Positions 36,581 to 46,300 of a stretch of DNA of 64,000 bases are shown piece after piece. Both the position numbers and the translations under genes were made by a program. Source of the DNA: Casimicrobium sp. (lineage in GTDB: Bacteria; Pseudomonadota; Gammaproteobacteria; Burkholderiales; Casimicrobiaceae). Where the stretch lies: contig DAINAJ010000001.1 of the NCBI GenBank assembly GCA_036733505.1, positions 9,615-73,614 of the forward strand, written 5' to 3'. The first letter of the stretch is position 1. Every line of letters starts with the position of its first letter. The notes below the pieces were generated by a model, which was not told the DNA's origin, did not search any database, and saw only the letters and a list, made by a program, of their open reading frames with translations.

Positions 36581-37876
36581 ATGTCAGGCAACAAAAGCAC
36601 ACTCTCCGCGTTATTGCATCAGCGCCAATTTATGCGCTTCTGGTTTGCCCGGCTCGCGGGCACGGCGGCGAACCAAATGTTGATGGTGGGCGTAGGCTGG
36701 CAGATGTACGAATTGACCGGACAAGCGTGGGATCTGGGCTTGGTGGGGTTGTATCAATTTGCACCTGCGCTGCTTTTGGCGCTCCCCGCTGGATACGTCG
36801 CTGATCGGTTCAGTCGAGTGCGCATCATTACTTGCTGCTTCCTGTTGCAATGCTTGGTCGCCGTCTTGTTGTGTGTGGCTAGTGCGCAAACGTCGGGCGT
36901 CAATCCGCAAGGCGCTTTCATGTCGCGTGAATGGTTGCTCGCGGTTTCGGTTCTGCTCGGCGTTGCGAGGGCGTTCCAGATGCCTGCACAGCAGGCACTC
37001 ATTGCAAAATTGGTGCCGTCGACGCTACTGCCGAAGGCGATGGCCTTTAGCGCCTCGGGCCTTCAAGCTGCCGTCATCGCCGGACCGGCGCTCGGTGGCC
37101 TGCTGTTTATCGCGGGGGCGTTGACTGTGTACGCTTTCTGTGCCGGCCTATTCGTTTTTGCTGCGCTTTGTGCGGTGACGATTCGCTACATGCACGTTAA
37201 CGGATCGGACAACAATTTGACGCTACAGAGCCTGTTCGCGGGTGTGTCCTTCATTGCCAACCATAAGCTAATTCTTGGCGCAGTTTCGCTAGATTTATTC
37301 GCAGTGCTACTCGGCGGCGCGGCGGCGCTCCTGCCGATATTTGCGCGCGATATTCTGCATGTCGATGCGTGGGGGCTCGGGTTGTTGCGCGCGGCACCAG
37401 CGGTGGGGGCGCTGCTGGTGTCGATTGCATTAACGCGACGGCCACCAGATCGCCAAGTTGGAGCGAAATTGCTGCTCGCCGTTGCCGCATTCGGACTCGC
37501 CACGGTGGTGTTCGCTGTGTCGACGAACTTCTGGGTTTCGCTGCTTGCGCTTGCGGTGTCCGGTGGTGCGGACATGGTAAACGTCGTGATCCGACAAACA
37601 CTCGTTCAGCTCGAAACACCGGACGCGATGCGCGGTCGCGTCAGCGCTGTGAATTCGGTGTTTATCGGCGCAAGCAATCAGCTCGGCGAGTTCGAGTCGG
37701 GTGCGACGGCCGCTTTGCTCGGACCCGTGGGCTCTGTTTTGTTGGGCGGTGTGGGCACGATTGTTATCTCGGCGGTCTGGTGGAAAATTTTTCCAGCGCT
37801 CGGTCAACGTGATTCAATGACCCCAAAACAGGCTACTTCGGCCATAAAAAAACCGGGCCAAGACCCGGTTTTTTAG
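36581..37876 (+). CDS. MFS transporter (MFS_3 / EntS-like)
   Basis: GWQMYELTG, LDLFAVLLGG, GASNQLGEFESG. Confidence 0.88.
   Translation: MSGNKSTLSALLHQRQFMRFWFARLAGTAANQMLMVGVGWQMYELTGQAWDLGLVGLYQFAPALLLALPAGYVADRFSRVRIITCCFLLQCLVAVLLCVASAQTSGVNPQGAFMSREWLLAVSVLLGVARAFQMPAQQALIAKLVPSTLLPKAMAFSASGLQAAVIAGPALGGLLFIAGALTVYAFCAGLFVFAALCAVTIRYMHVNGSDNNLTLQSLFAGVSFIANHKLILGAVSLDLFAVLLGGAAALLPIFARDILHVDAWGLGLLRAAPAVGALLVSIALTRRPPDRQVGAKLLLAVAAFGLATVVFAVSTNFWVSLLALAVSGGADMVNVVIRQTLVQLETPDAMRGRVSAVNSVFIGASNQLGEFESGATAALLGPVGSVLLGGVGTIVISAVWWKIFPALGQRDSMTPKQATSAIKKPGQDPVF
37846..37874. terminator. Bidirectional intrinsic terminator
   Basis: A7-CCGGG-CCAAGA-CCCGG-T6 between convergent genes, overlapping the last MFS codons. 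Confidence 0.8.
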
Positions 37877-37897
37877 TTACGCGAGGTAACGCGCAGC

Positions 37898-38290
37898 TTA
37901 GTAGTTGCCGCGGCCGCCACCACCGTAGCCGCCACCGCCTCCGCCACCGCCGCCGTAGCCGCCACCGCCACCGCCACCGCCAGTGCGGGGACCACGGAAG
38001 CCGCCACCGCCACCAGGGCCGCGTGGAGGACGATCACCAGCGGGTGCTGGGCGTGCTTCATTAACAACTAGCGGACGGCCTTCGATGGACTTGCCATTCA
38101 TGCCGGCGATAGCTTTTTGAGCTGCGTCATCGGTAGCCATGGTCACGAAAGCGAAACCGCGCATGCGGCCCGTTTCACGATCCATCGGCAGATGAACATC
38201 AGACACTTCGCCAAATTGGTCGAACTCAGAGCGAATCATTTCCGGCGTAGCGCGGAAACTGATATTGCCCACAAACAAACGATTACCCAT
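37898..38290 (-). CDS. RRM RNA-binding protein with Gly-rich tail
   Basis: RNP2 LFVGNI, RNP1 RGFAFVTM, VNEARP, GGGGY repeats. Confidence 0.93.
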   Translation of the reverse strand: MGNRLFVGNISFRATPEMIRSEFDQFGEVSDVHLPMDRETGRMRGFAFVTMATDDAAQKAIAGMNGKSIEGRPLVVNEARPAPAGDRPPRGPGGGGGFRGPRTGGGGGGGGYGGGGGGGGGYGGGGRGNY

Positions 38291-38304
38291 GGTGTGTAGA
38301 TCTA

Positions 38305-38338
38305 TCCTTGATAAACAAACAAACGCGGATTTCAAGGA
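38305..38338 (-). promoter_or_regulatory. 5'-UTR hairpin pairing over the SD-like AAGGA of the RRM gene
   Basis: mRNA UCCUUGA-[AAUCCGCGUUUGUUUGUUUA]-UCAAGGA. Confidence 0.45.
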
Positions 38339-38563
38339 CTCTGTAGTACCGGAGATGCTGACTTAACAGCGCTCTTACCGCTCACACTCGGGAACCAGGA
38401 AACTCGCTAACGCGCGACAAAACATACAAATTGTTGAGTCACGAACCCTAAGCATGCCACAAAAAGCGTGACTCTGCTTGCGTTAGGCGATTTTGGGCGA
38501 CGATTGCAGGGGGTTTATGCTGGTTTACCCTCCATTTACAACGACTTGCGCTACCTTTCATTG

Positions 38564-39922
38564 CTATTTCGCCAAAAGTGCTTCCTGTGCAGCCTCGAGC
38601 GCCCGATCTCGTTGCGCTGCGAAATCGGCTCGTGTGCGCGTAACCGCGATATCAGGAATAACGCCCCTTCCTTCTATTCGATCTCCCTTGGTCGTAACAA
38701 AGCCGATTTCACTAAATGCCAACTCGCCACCGCCGGGCAACGTTGTGTAGCCCAAGTATCCGAGCAGGCAACCACAACTCACCTCGCCGACCACCACCGC
38801 GCGACCAAGACTTTGAAGCGCCGCTGCTGTGCCCTCGGATGCGCTTGCGCTATCGTTGTCCAGGAGCACAGCGACTTTCCCGTCGTACGCATCGTCACGA
38901 CCGGGCACACTGCGCTCCAGAGAAATAATCTTAATTGCGCCGAAAGCTAGCGTCACGGGCTGCCCGGTGCGTGTTTCGGTACGAGCGATGACCGTCTTTT
39001 TCCTGACGAAGCTCCCCACCAACGCTTCGGCCATTGCTCCCGATCCGCCGCCGTTTCCGCGAAGATCAAGAATCAGCGCTGGCGCATCCTTTAGTGCAGT
39101 AACGGCGTTTAGCACATCAGAGCGCACGGACTCGCTGAACGCGGTCAATCGAATGTAGCCAATCCCGCTCGGCAGCATGCGCTTACTAACGCTCGCCTTC
39201 GTTGATAGCGCAACAGGCTTTAGGCGCGCAGAAAACACAGTCCCGTCAGGCCGCGAAAATGCAATATTCAGCGCCTCTCTCGGATTTTTTTGTGCTGCCA
39301 CTATCGCAGCTTCGTTGAGCTTCCTGACGGGCATCCGCAAAGCCGCCTGCGGCGAAGACGATTTGCGCGCCGTTGTCCGCCACTGACTCCACTGCTCTAT
39401 GGCAGAGCGTTGGCCGACAGTCTGCAAGCGCATACCTGCGCGTACGCCTGCCCAGTAAGCATCAGATTCCGGGTGCACGGATGTGACCACGATTTCACCT
39501 TCGATTTCACGCAACCCCATACCAAGTGAAAGCGACTGCTGCGCCTTCCGCCGCGTTACTTGGCTTAAGGACTCAACACGCGTGTGCGCATCGGCCAACT
39601 CCGCGACCATGAGGTCTAATCGCTCCCAAAATTCGTCATCCGTAATCGCCGCCATCGCCTCCGGCTCCCAGCGCTTGCGGGCAGCCGCCCAATCAACACC
39701 GTTGAGATCAGCACGGTAGTAACGCTCATTGATGGTCGTCCACACAGCGTCTACTGCAGCACGGCGAGTTGCGGCAGAGAGTGTTGAGCCGTCGTCAATA
39801 CCGGTTTGCGAGCCTGCCGGCAGGTGACGCGCGATCAGGTTGTGCGGATCAAAACTAGCGCAGCCGCTCAGCAGCACGAGACCCAAAAGGGTGGCAAGCC
39901 AGCGGCACAAATCAGAGGTCAC
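38564..39922 (-). CDS. S41 family peptidase (tail-specific protease-like), lipoprotein
   Basis: Lipobox LSGC; LILDLRGNGGG; SASASE; EGRGVIPD. Confidence 0.88.
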   Translation of the reverse strand: MTSDLCRWLATLLGLVLLSGCASFDPHNLIARHLPAGSQTGIDDGSTLSAATRRAAVDAVWTTINERYYRADLNGVDWAAARKRWEPEAMAAITDDEFWERLDLMVAELADAHTRVESLSQVTRRKAQQSLSLGMGLREIEGEIVVTSVHPESDAYWAGVRAGMRLQTVGQRSAIEQWSQWRTTARKSSSPQAALRMPVRKLNEAAIVAAQKNPREALNIAFSRPDGTVFSARLKPVALSTKASVSKRMLPSGIGYIRLTAFSESVRSDVLNAVTALKDAPALILDLRGNGGGSGAMAEALVGSFVRKKTVIARTETRTGQPVTLAFGAIKIISLERSVPGRDDAYDGKVAVLLDNDSASASEGTAAALQSLGRAVVVGEVSCGCLLGYLGYTTLPGGGELAFSEIGFVTTKGDRIEGRGVIPDIAVTRTRADFAAQRDRALEAAQEALLAK

Positions 39923-39924
39923 AA

Positions 39925-40257
39925 CTACCGGCGCGCGTCGTCGTCTTCATCCCAGCGGCGCAGCACAATGGTGATGCGCTCTGCATACGCGGCAGTAAGT
40001 GCACGCAGAAAAGCGAGCTTGCCCGCAATGACTTCCGAGACCGCCGCGATGCCGTCTTCGCTGACGATGCGATCGGCTAGTGCGCGCTCTAGACGATCCC
40101 TAAGGTTTACCGGTACGTTGGCACGAATCCGCCCAAGCAAAAATGGTTCGGCGGCCTCTAAAGAGTCAAACATTTTGGCCAGCGGTGTGCCCAGCGGTGA
40201 GCCTTCGAGAATCACCACGCGGTTCGCGCGATCCTCATCGGGGTGTTGCTTGGTCAT
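39925..40257 (-). CDS. Hypothetical protein
   Basis: SD GGAGG; 110 aa; stop 2 bp before the S41 gene start. Confidence 0.65.
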   Translation of the reverse strand: MTKQHPDEDRANRVVILEGSPLGTPLAKMFDSLEAAEPFLLGRIRANVPVNLRDRLERALADRIVSEDGIAAVSEVIAGKLAFLRALTAAYAERITIVLRRWDEDDDARR

Positions 40258-40413
40258 AGCGACCTCCGTTTATCGTTCGCTTTGTCGATTGGTCGCAGTC
40301 TGGGCCGTTTCATCGGAATCCAGCGGCGCGACACTTGCATTTGCGAACAATCATAGCGATATTGCGACCATACGATGCAGCTTCGCATCTAGGCCATCAG
40401 GAGAAAAGAACAA

Positions 40414-40773
40414 ATGTCTGAGATCACCCCCGTCACTGGCTCGGCCTCAAGCCAAGCACCGAATGAATCCACCGTGCAAATCACGCACATTACGTACGCC
40501 TTGTACGCCCTAGGGTTGGTCACCGGCATATTCGCCATTGCAGGGCTGATTGTTGCCTACATTAAGCGCGACGATGCGGTTGGCACCTATCTCGCTTCGC
40601 ACTACAGTTGGCTCATCCGCACCTTTTGGTGGGGCCTGCTTTGGACGTCAATCGGTCTCGTGTTGGCGCTCGCACTGGTTGGCTTTGTGGTCCTCGGCGT
40701 TGTCTGGGTTTGGTGGGTTTACCGCATCATCAAAGGCTGGCTGCGTTTGAGCGAAAAACGCGTAATCGCGTAA
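40414..40773 (+). CDS. DUF4870-like small membrane protein
   Basis: SHYSWLIRTFWW, WWVYRIIKGW; SD AGGAG. Confidence 0.8.
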   Translation: MSEITPVTGSASSQAPNESTVQITHITYALYALGLVTGIFAIAGLIVAYIKRDDAVGTYLASHYSWLIRTFWWGLLWTSIGLVLALALVGFVVLGVVWVWWVYRIIKGWLRLSEKRVIA

Positions 40774-40819
40774 TCGCGTAATCGCCATGGTGAGTGTCGT
40801 GTCCCAACGGCACTCACCT

Positions 40820-42328
40820 TTACTTGGCCATCGCCTCAGCCTTGATCTGCCCCTGCGCCAGGCGCTGCGCCTGCGATTGAAACACCCAATCCACGCCCGC
40901 ATCGAGTGCGCGTTGTGCGCTTTCGGCATTGGCGTGGTTGATGAACGCCACGTAGAGCACCTTGCGATCATCCGGAAGCAGCAAATATCCGGCTAGCGCC
41001 TTAACGCCAGTGAGCGTCCCTGTTTTGAGGTACGCACGCCCCTCCGCGAGTTGATTCACAAATCGCTTGGCGAGCGTGCCGTCGGTGGCGGCGAGCGGCA
41101 GCGAGGAAACGAAGTCGCTCGCATACGGCGCCGTCAGTCCGAATTCCAACAAGGCACCCATACTTTGCGCAGAAATTCGCTCCACACGCGACAGTCCCGA
41201 ACCGTTTTCAATCACCAGATCGGGCAACTCAAAACCACGCTGCTTGGCCCATTCTCGGACGCTGTGGCCGCCACGTTTGGCGAGCGCAGGCCGTTTGCTT
41301 AATTCGGCGTCGATAGTAAGAAGCAGTTGTCGCGCCATCACGTTGTTGCTGAATTTATTGATGTCAGTCACCATCGAGGCGAGCGGGGCAGAGCTATGCA
41401 CGTACAGAACGCGCGCGTTCTTAGGCGTTGCGCCGTCACGCATCACGCCCGACCACGTACCACCAGCGTCGCGCCACAGTCGCGCAAAGGTGCCGGCGAG
41501 CAACCCCGTGTGATCAAACAAACTGACATACCAGTCTTTTTCGCCGCAGTCGGCTGAATAGGTGCCGATAAACGTGGCGCTTGCGCGATTGCCCTGCGTA
41601 TCGAATGAGGCCCCCGTTTTCGCGCGCCAATCCGTACATGAACCGCCACCCAAGCGCAGTGAATTGCTGATCGTCAGCCCGTCCGGCGGGACCCCGTCAG
41701 TCCCGACGGAGACGCTCTTGTCAGGTAAGACCGAGAATTTGAATCCCACTGATTTGAAGTTAAACAGCAACGCGTCGGAGCCGACGTTGTAAGGCCGCAA
41801 CGCTTGCCCATCAAACAACGATGGATCGTGAATGCCCTTACCGAATCGCGAACGATCAAGCAATACGTCACCGCGAATTTCTCGAATACCGCGTTCACGA
41901 AGCGCCCTGATGGCCGCCTCTAGATGTTCGCGCAAAAATTTCGGGTCGCCGCTTCCTTTGATCACCAAGGCACCGTTCAACACGCCACCATTGATCGATG
42001 CGTTCGATAGAAATTGCGTCTTCCACGTGAAGTCCGGCTTGAGAACGTCGAGCCCGACCAGCGTAGTAGCGATCTTCATCGTCGACGCTGGGTTCATGGC
42101 CGCGCGCGCGCGGTGTTCGATCAACGGCGCGCTTTGGCCCAGTTCGCGCACGTACAAGCTCACCGCACTTTCGGGAACGCCGGTTTCACGCAGCATCCTA
42201 GCCATCGGCTCGGGCAGCGCCGCTTGCGCCGCAGCAGCAAGCAGTGCGATCGTGGCGCTAGCGCCAATTGCGATAAGGCTTGTCTTCGTTGATCGTGTGC
42301 GACCGTAAGCGCGTGAGAATAAATACAT
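40820..42328 (-). CDS. dacB: D-alanyl-D-alanine carboxypeptidase/endopeptidase (PBP4, peptidase S13)
   Basis: PASTMK (SxxK), KFSNN (SxN), ENGSGLSR, KTGTL. Confidence 0.93.
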   Translation of the reverse strand: MYLFSRAYGRTRSTKTSLIAIGASATIALLAAAAQAALPEPMARMLRETGVPESAVSLYVRELGQSAPLIEHRARAAMNPASTMKIATTLVGLDVLKPDFTWKTQFLSNASINGGVLNGALVIKGSGDPKFLREHLEAAIRALRERGIREIRGDVLLDRSRFGKGIHDPSLFDGQALRPYNVGSDALLFNFKSVGFKFSVLPDKSVSVGTDGVPPDGLTISNSLRLGGGSCTDWRAKTGASFDTQGNRASATFIGTYSADCGEKDWYVSLFDHTGLLAGTFARLWRDAGGTWSGVMRDGATPKNARVLYVHSSAPLASMVTDINKFSNNVMARQLLLTIDAELSKRPALAKRGGHSVREWAKQRGFELPDLVIENGSGLSRVERISAQSMGALLEFGLTAPYASDFVSSLPLAATDGTLAKRFVNQLAEGRAYLKTGTLTGVKALAGYLLLPDDRKVLYVAFINHANAESAQRALDAGVDWVFQSQAQRLAQGQIKAEAMAK

Positions 42329-42478
42329 GGTCAAAATTATTGACCAGTTGTCCGCTATCGCAGCATTTGTTTGCCCGACTTGCGATAGATCAATAAACTT
42401 GTTCTAATACGAACCAATTCGACTGCGACCTTTCAGAACCTCACCTACGGCCACTCGCTGGTCGCACGTCAGACGTAC

Positions 42479-42931
42479 ATGCCTTACACCGCAAATATTC
42501 CAGCCTTTATGCCAACGCTGCGCCAGCTTATGCGCTGCACCCAAGCGTTCGAGCGTTACTCTGGTGCGCACGTCAAGCAACTCGGGCTTACCGAATCGCA
42601 ATTCGACGTGATCGCCACACTCGGCAACACCGAGGGTATGACGTGCAAAGAATTGGGCGAGCGAACGCTCATAACCAAGGGCACGCTCACCGGCGTGCTT
42701 GATCGCATGGAAGCGCGCGAACTCATTTCGCGACACACCGACGCCGGCGACGCACGGCGCACACATGTCGCGCTCACACGCGCTGGCAACGCCATGTTTG
42801 AAGAGGTATTCCCTGCGCACCTCAAACATTTGCAACGCGCGTTTGGTCGACTAGATGCGGCGGAACTTGAGCGTTTGCGAGCGGGTCTCACCGCGCTCAA
42901 AGATGCATTTGATTTGGAACACAACCGATGA
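42479..42931 (+). CDS. MarR family transcriptional regulator
   Basis: GLTESQFDVI, TKGTLTGVLDRME, DARR...LT. Confidence 0.9.
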   Translation: MPYTANIPAFMPTLRQLMRCTQAFERYSGAHVKQLGLTESQFDVIATLGNTEGMTCKELGERTLITKGTLTGVLDRMEARELISRHTDAGDARRTHVALTRAGNAMFEEVFPAHLKHLQRAFGRLDAAELERLRAGLTALKDAFDLEHNR

Positions 42932-43629
42932 CCAAGCCTTCAACTGAACTCATCTCCGCGCCGGTGTGGGATATTTTCGTCCGCTGTTTTCACTGGTCGC
43001 TCGTCGTGTTGTTCGCAGCAGCGGTGATCACTGGCGAGATCGGTGGCAATGCGATCGCGTGGCACATGCGTTGCGGCTACGCCATTCTCACACTCGTCAC
43101 GTTTCGCCTGATTTGGGGTTTTGTCGGCGGTGAGTACGCACGATTCGCATCATTTCTCACTAGTCCAGGCAAAACGATCGCTTTCGCCAAGAATATGATG
43201 GGCAAAGGCCACGATTACGTCGTTGGCCACAATCCGCCAGGCGGTTGGATGGTGCTCGCACTGCTGCTCACTTTGGCGACGCAAGCCACGCTCGGACTGT
43301 TCACAAACGATGAAATCGCGACCACTGGCCCGTTGGCGCAATACGTCAGCGAGGCGACCTCAGTGCGCCTCACCGGTATTCACCACATCATCGGAAAAGT
43401 TTTGCTGGTGCTCGTGGGGCTGCATGTCGCGGCGGTGTTGTTTCATCTGTTCGTCAAAAAAGAAAACCTCATTCGCGCGATGTTCTCCGGCAACAAATCC
43501 TTGCCGGCCGATCTTGCGCGCGAGGCACAGGGAGCACGCAAAGCGTCCACGACGTTAGGGTTTGCCGTTTTTGTCTTGGTCATCGCGCTAATTGCGGTGA
43601 TCGTTAATTGGTCCGTTTGGTTTAAGTAG
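42928..43629 (+). CDS. Di-heme cytochrome b (Ni-hydrogenase cyt b / b561-like)
   Basis: VWDIFVRCFHW, WHMRCG, GHNPPGG, LHVAAV...ENLIRAM. Confidence 0.9.
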   Translation: MTKPSTELISAPVWDIFVRCFHWSLVVLFAAAVITGEIGGNAIAWHMRCGYAILTLVTFRLIWGFVGGEYARFASFLTSPGKTIAFAKNMMGKGHDYVVGHNPPGGWMVLALLLTLATQATLGLFTNDEIATTGPLAQYVSEATSVRLTGIHHIIGKVLLVLVGLHVAAVLFHLFVKKENLIRAMFSGNKSLPADLAREAQGARKASTTLGFAVFVLVIALIAVIVNWSVWFK

Positions 43630-43653
43630 TCCTTTTTTTAACCTGGAGTAAGT

Positions 43654-44115
43654 ATGAAAATGTTCACCAAAATTGCACTCGCAACCGCTGCTGCCGCTGC
43701 TGCCGCACTGGCAACCTCGGCAATGGCACAGCCGAAACCCGAAGCCTTCGTGAAAGAGCGCAAAGCTGCGTTCACGCTGTTGGCTTGGTACTTCGGCCCT
43801 CTCGCCGCTGTCGCCAAAGGCGAGAAGCCGTTCAACAAAGACGAAGCCGTGCGCGCAACTTCGATGTTGGTGCCGCTGTCGAAAATGCCGTGGGAAGGCT
43901 TCGCGCCTGGCACCGACAAAGTCGGCAACACCGAAGCCAAGGCAGAAGTGTGGTCGAACAACGCTAAGTTCAAAGAACTCGGCGGCAAGCTGGAAACCGA
44001 AATGGCAAAACTTGCAGCGTTCGCCAACGCGGGCGACGCAGACGGCTTCAAGAAGCAGTTTGGCGCAGTCGGCGGCACGTGCAAATCGTGCCACGACGAC
44101 TTCAAGAACAAGTAA
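43654..44115 (+). CDS. Cytochrome c' (class II four-helix bundle)
   Basis: Signal peptide; C-terminal CKSCH; AKAEVW. Confidence 0.92.
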   Translation: MKMFTKIALATAAAAAAALATSAMAQPKPEAFVKERKAAFTLLAWYFGPLAAVAKGEKPFNKDEAVRATSMLVPLSKMPWEGFAPGTDKVGNTEAKAEVWSNNAKFKELGGKLETEMAKLAAFANAGDADGFKKQFGAVGGTCKSCHDDFKNK

Positions 44116-44243
44116 CAGCTTTTAGGCTATTTGCTTTGGAAACGCCCGCTGTATGCGGGCGTTTTCAATTTCCATCCTCTAGTCGACAATGCACTTTTTG
44201 CGCCTCTAACGACCGCCTGGCTGTCGTTAGCGCCATAAAGTTG
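44116..44243. repeat. 118-bp-family palindromic element, copy C (left arm disrupted by a terminator)
   Basis: GTCGAC at 44182-44187; intact 56-bp right arm; left end CAGCTTTTAGG lies 10 bp further out, with a terminator hairpin inside. Confidence 0.8.
44139..44166 (+). terminator. Intrinsic terminator of the marR-cytb-cytc' operon
   Basis: AAACGCCCGC-TGTAT-GCGGGCGTTTT. Confidence 0.8.
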
Positions 44244-44282
44244 TTGCCGTCTAACAACCAGACGCCTCCGGACGGATCAACC

Positions 44283-45008
44283 TTAGGCGCGCGACGCCAC
44301 GTACTGCTGCATCCTCGGCTTCAGAGGTGTCGCAACGAGCGAAGCGTGGAGATCACGCAAATCCGCCTCAGCCGTGTCCGATTGCAGCAAACGTTTCAAC
44401 TGTGCATACGCCTTCGGCGGAAGCTTCGCGTTGACCGCTGCGATTTCATCAATGCGTCGCGGCCACGTCACAGGATCCGCGACCTCGGTGACAAATTGCT
44501 GCGCAAGGGCCTGCTCAGTATTGATCGTCAGCGCATCGCGCAAAAACACAAACGCGCGCTCTGCCCCCACGCGCTGCGCCGTACGCCGCGTGCCCAGCGC
44601 CAAGCCCATGCGCCAACCCGGCATCCGAAATCGCGCATCCTGCGTCGCGAGTCGGTAATCACACGCCATCGCAAGGTCGAATCCCGCGCCATACGCGCCG
44701 CCGTGAATGAGCGAAATCGTGGCGAACGGCGCGTAGTAAATCGCCTGCAACATGCGCTCCAAATCCATCAAACGAGGAATGATCGTCTCGTCGGTTTCGC
44801 TCTCAAGCGACGACAAATCAAAGCCAGCACAAAAGTTGCGGCCGTTACCTTGAATCGTGAACACCGTCGTACCATCGGTGATCGCTGCGTCAATCGCCGC
44901 GCGCAGCGCAGCCACCAACGACGCCGCGAGCGCATTGGCTTTGTCCGGACGATTGAGAGTGACGCTGGTGTGTGTGCCCGTACGCACAATCGTCAAAACT
45001 TCACTCAT
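44283..45008 (-). CDS. Enoyl-CoA hydratase/isomerase (crotonase) family protein
   Basis: LNRPDKANAL, FCAGFDL, GAGFDLAMACDYR. Confidence 0.88.
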   Translation of the reverse strand: MSEVLTIVRTGTHTSVTLNRPDKANALAASLVAALRAAIDAAITDGTTVFTIQGNGRNFCAGFDLSSLESETDETIIPRLMDLERMLQAIYYAPFATISLIHGGAYGAGFDLAMACDYRLATQDARFRMPGWRMGLALGTRRTAQRVGAERAFVFLRDALTINTEQALAQQFVTEVADPVTWPRRIDEIAAVNAKLPPKAYAQLKRLLQSDTAEADLRDLHASLVATPLKPRMQQYVASRA

Positions 45009-45586
45009 CGCGCGGCAATCCACGGTTGATCATTCGAGTAACCAGACACCATCGGCATGGCGCAACGCTCCGATGCGTTCCAGTAGCTGCGCCGGACGCG
45101 CCCAATATCCGCGCCGTACACATGAATGCTGACAGAGGGTGCGTCCGAGAGCCCATTGCTGACGCGATGCCAATCGCCAATAGTCGGTGACACGCGATCC
45201 ACTTCACCACGTAGCAACGCATGCTCATGCCCGGACACCATTGCGACGCTCGTAACCGAGTCAGGCGCTGGAAACTCTTCACAGCGCTCGGCACCGCGCA
45301 GCACGCCCACGAGCCCCCACACTGTGTGATTGTGTACGGGCGTGCCTTGACCGGGTCCCCACACAAAGCTACTCACGCTATAGCGCGCGTGCGGATCAAT
45401 GTAGAGCGCGTAACTTTGATACTTCTCCGCATCAGGGCGCGCGAATTCCGACGGCAGCCAGTCGTCGTGCGCGATGAGCAGTTTGAGCGCATCCTCGCTT
45501 TCGTCGAGTAGTGGAGACTCAGGCTGTGCGCGCGAAACGATCACGTCCATCGCGTCAAGAAATTGCAAAAAACGGGGCGTATTCAT
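45005..45586 (-). CDS. Thiol dioxygenase (cysteine / 3-mercaptopropionate dioxygenase family)
   Basis: SFVWGPGQGTPVHNHTVWG, GDWHRVSN, SIHVYGADIG. Confidence 0.88.
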   Translation of the reverse strand: MNTPRFLQFLDAMDVIVSRAQPESPLLDESEDALKLLIAHDDWLPSEFARPDAEKYQSYALYIDPHARYSVSSFVWGPGQGTPVHNHTVWGLVGVLRGAERCEEFPAPDSVTSVAMVSGHEHALLRGEVDRVSPTIGDWHRVSNGLSDAPSVSIHVYGADIGRVRRSYWNASERCAMPMVSGYSNDQPWIAAR

Positions 45587-45683
45587 GTGCTGATTGTAGG
45601 AGCCGCATACCGTTTTCAACGGTGAGCAGCCTAAAATTGAATCATCCCGACACAACTACGCAGCCTCGCAGCAAAGTCAAAAC

Positions 45684-45872
45684 ATGATCGAAAGTGGTTT
45701 TTGGATATTTTTGGTCGAAGCGGCCGTGGCTGGAGGCTTATTCATCGGGTTGATCTGGTGGATCGTTGGCGGCACAGCAGAGCGGGATCGCAAGCGACAA
45801 GAATACGACGCAGCGGCGCGCAAGGCTGCGGAAACCGCAGCCCAGGAAAACGAATCAAAGCAGAATCGTTAG
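45684..45872 (+). CDS. Small single-TM hypothetical protein
   Basis: 62 aa; N-terminal TM segment and charged tail; fills the gap between real genes. Confidence 0.6.
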   Translation: MIESGFWIFLVEAAVAGGLFIGLIWWIVGGTAERDRKRQEYDAAARKAAETAAQENESKQNR

Positions 45873-46243
45873 TGCAAGACGCGCTTCGCTGACAGCGTAA
45901 ATTTCGGAATTGGGGCGTCGAACGTCACTCCATCGTCGGCAACAAAGTGATAGCTGCCGTGCATCGTGCCGACAGGGGTTTTGAGTTGAGAGCCGCTGGT
46001 GTATTCAAACGACTCGCCAGGCGCAAGCTTCGGTTGCTCGCCGATGACACCCGCACCGCGCACCTCTTCAATGTTGTCGTTGCCATCGGCAATGATCCAA
46101 TGCCGAGAGATGAGTTGCACCGCCGCCTCGCCATCATTCGTAATTCGAATGTGATACGCGAAGGTATAGAGTCCGCGCAGCGGGTCGCTCTGATCGGCCA
46201 AGTAAAATGGGGTCGGGTCAACTTTGATGCTGTAGCGATTCAC
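45869..46243 (-). CDS. apaG: ApaG protein
   Basis: [38 protein letters not shown] start 46243. Confidence 0.93.
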   Translation of the reverse strand: MNRYSIKVDPTPFYLADQSDPLRGLYTFAYHIRITNDGEAAVQLISRHWIIADGNDNIEEVRGAGVIGEQPKLAPGESFEYTSGSQLKTPVGTMHGSYHFVADDGVTFDAPIPKFTLSAKRVLH

Positions 46244-46300
46244 GATATTTCGTCGGGACGCTCGTCGCCATCCACAACTCTTATTACTACTGGGCTCCCA

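Noticed and set aside
37905..38015. CCGCCA/CCGCCG tandem repeats
   Set aside because: They encode the Gly-rich tail of the RRM protein; not a CRISPR array or VNTR element
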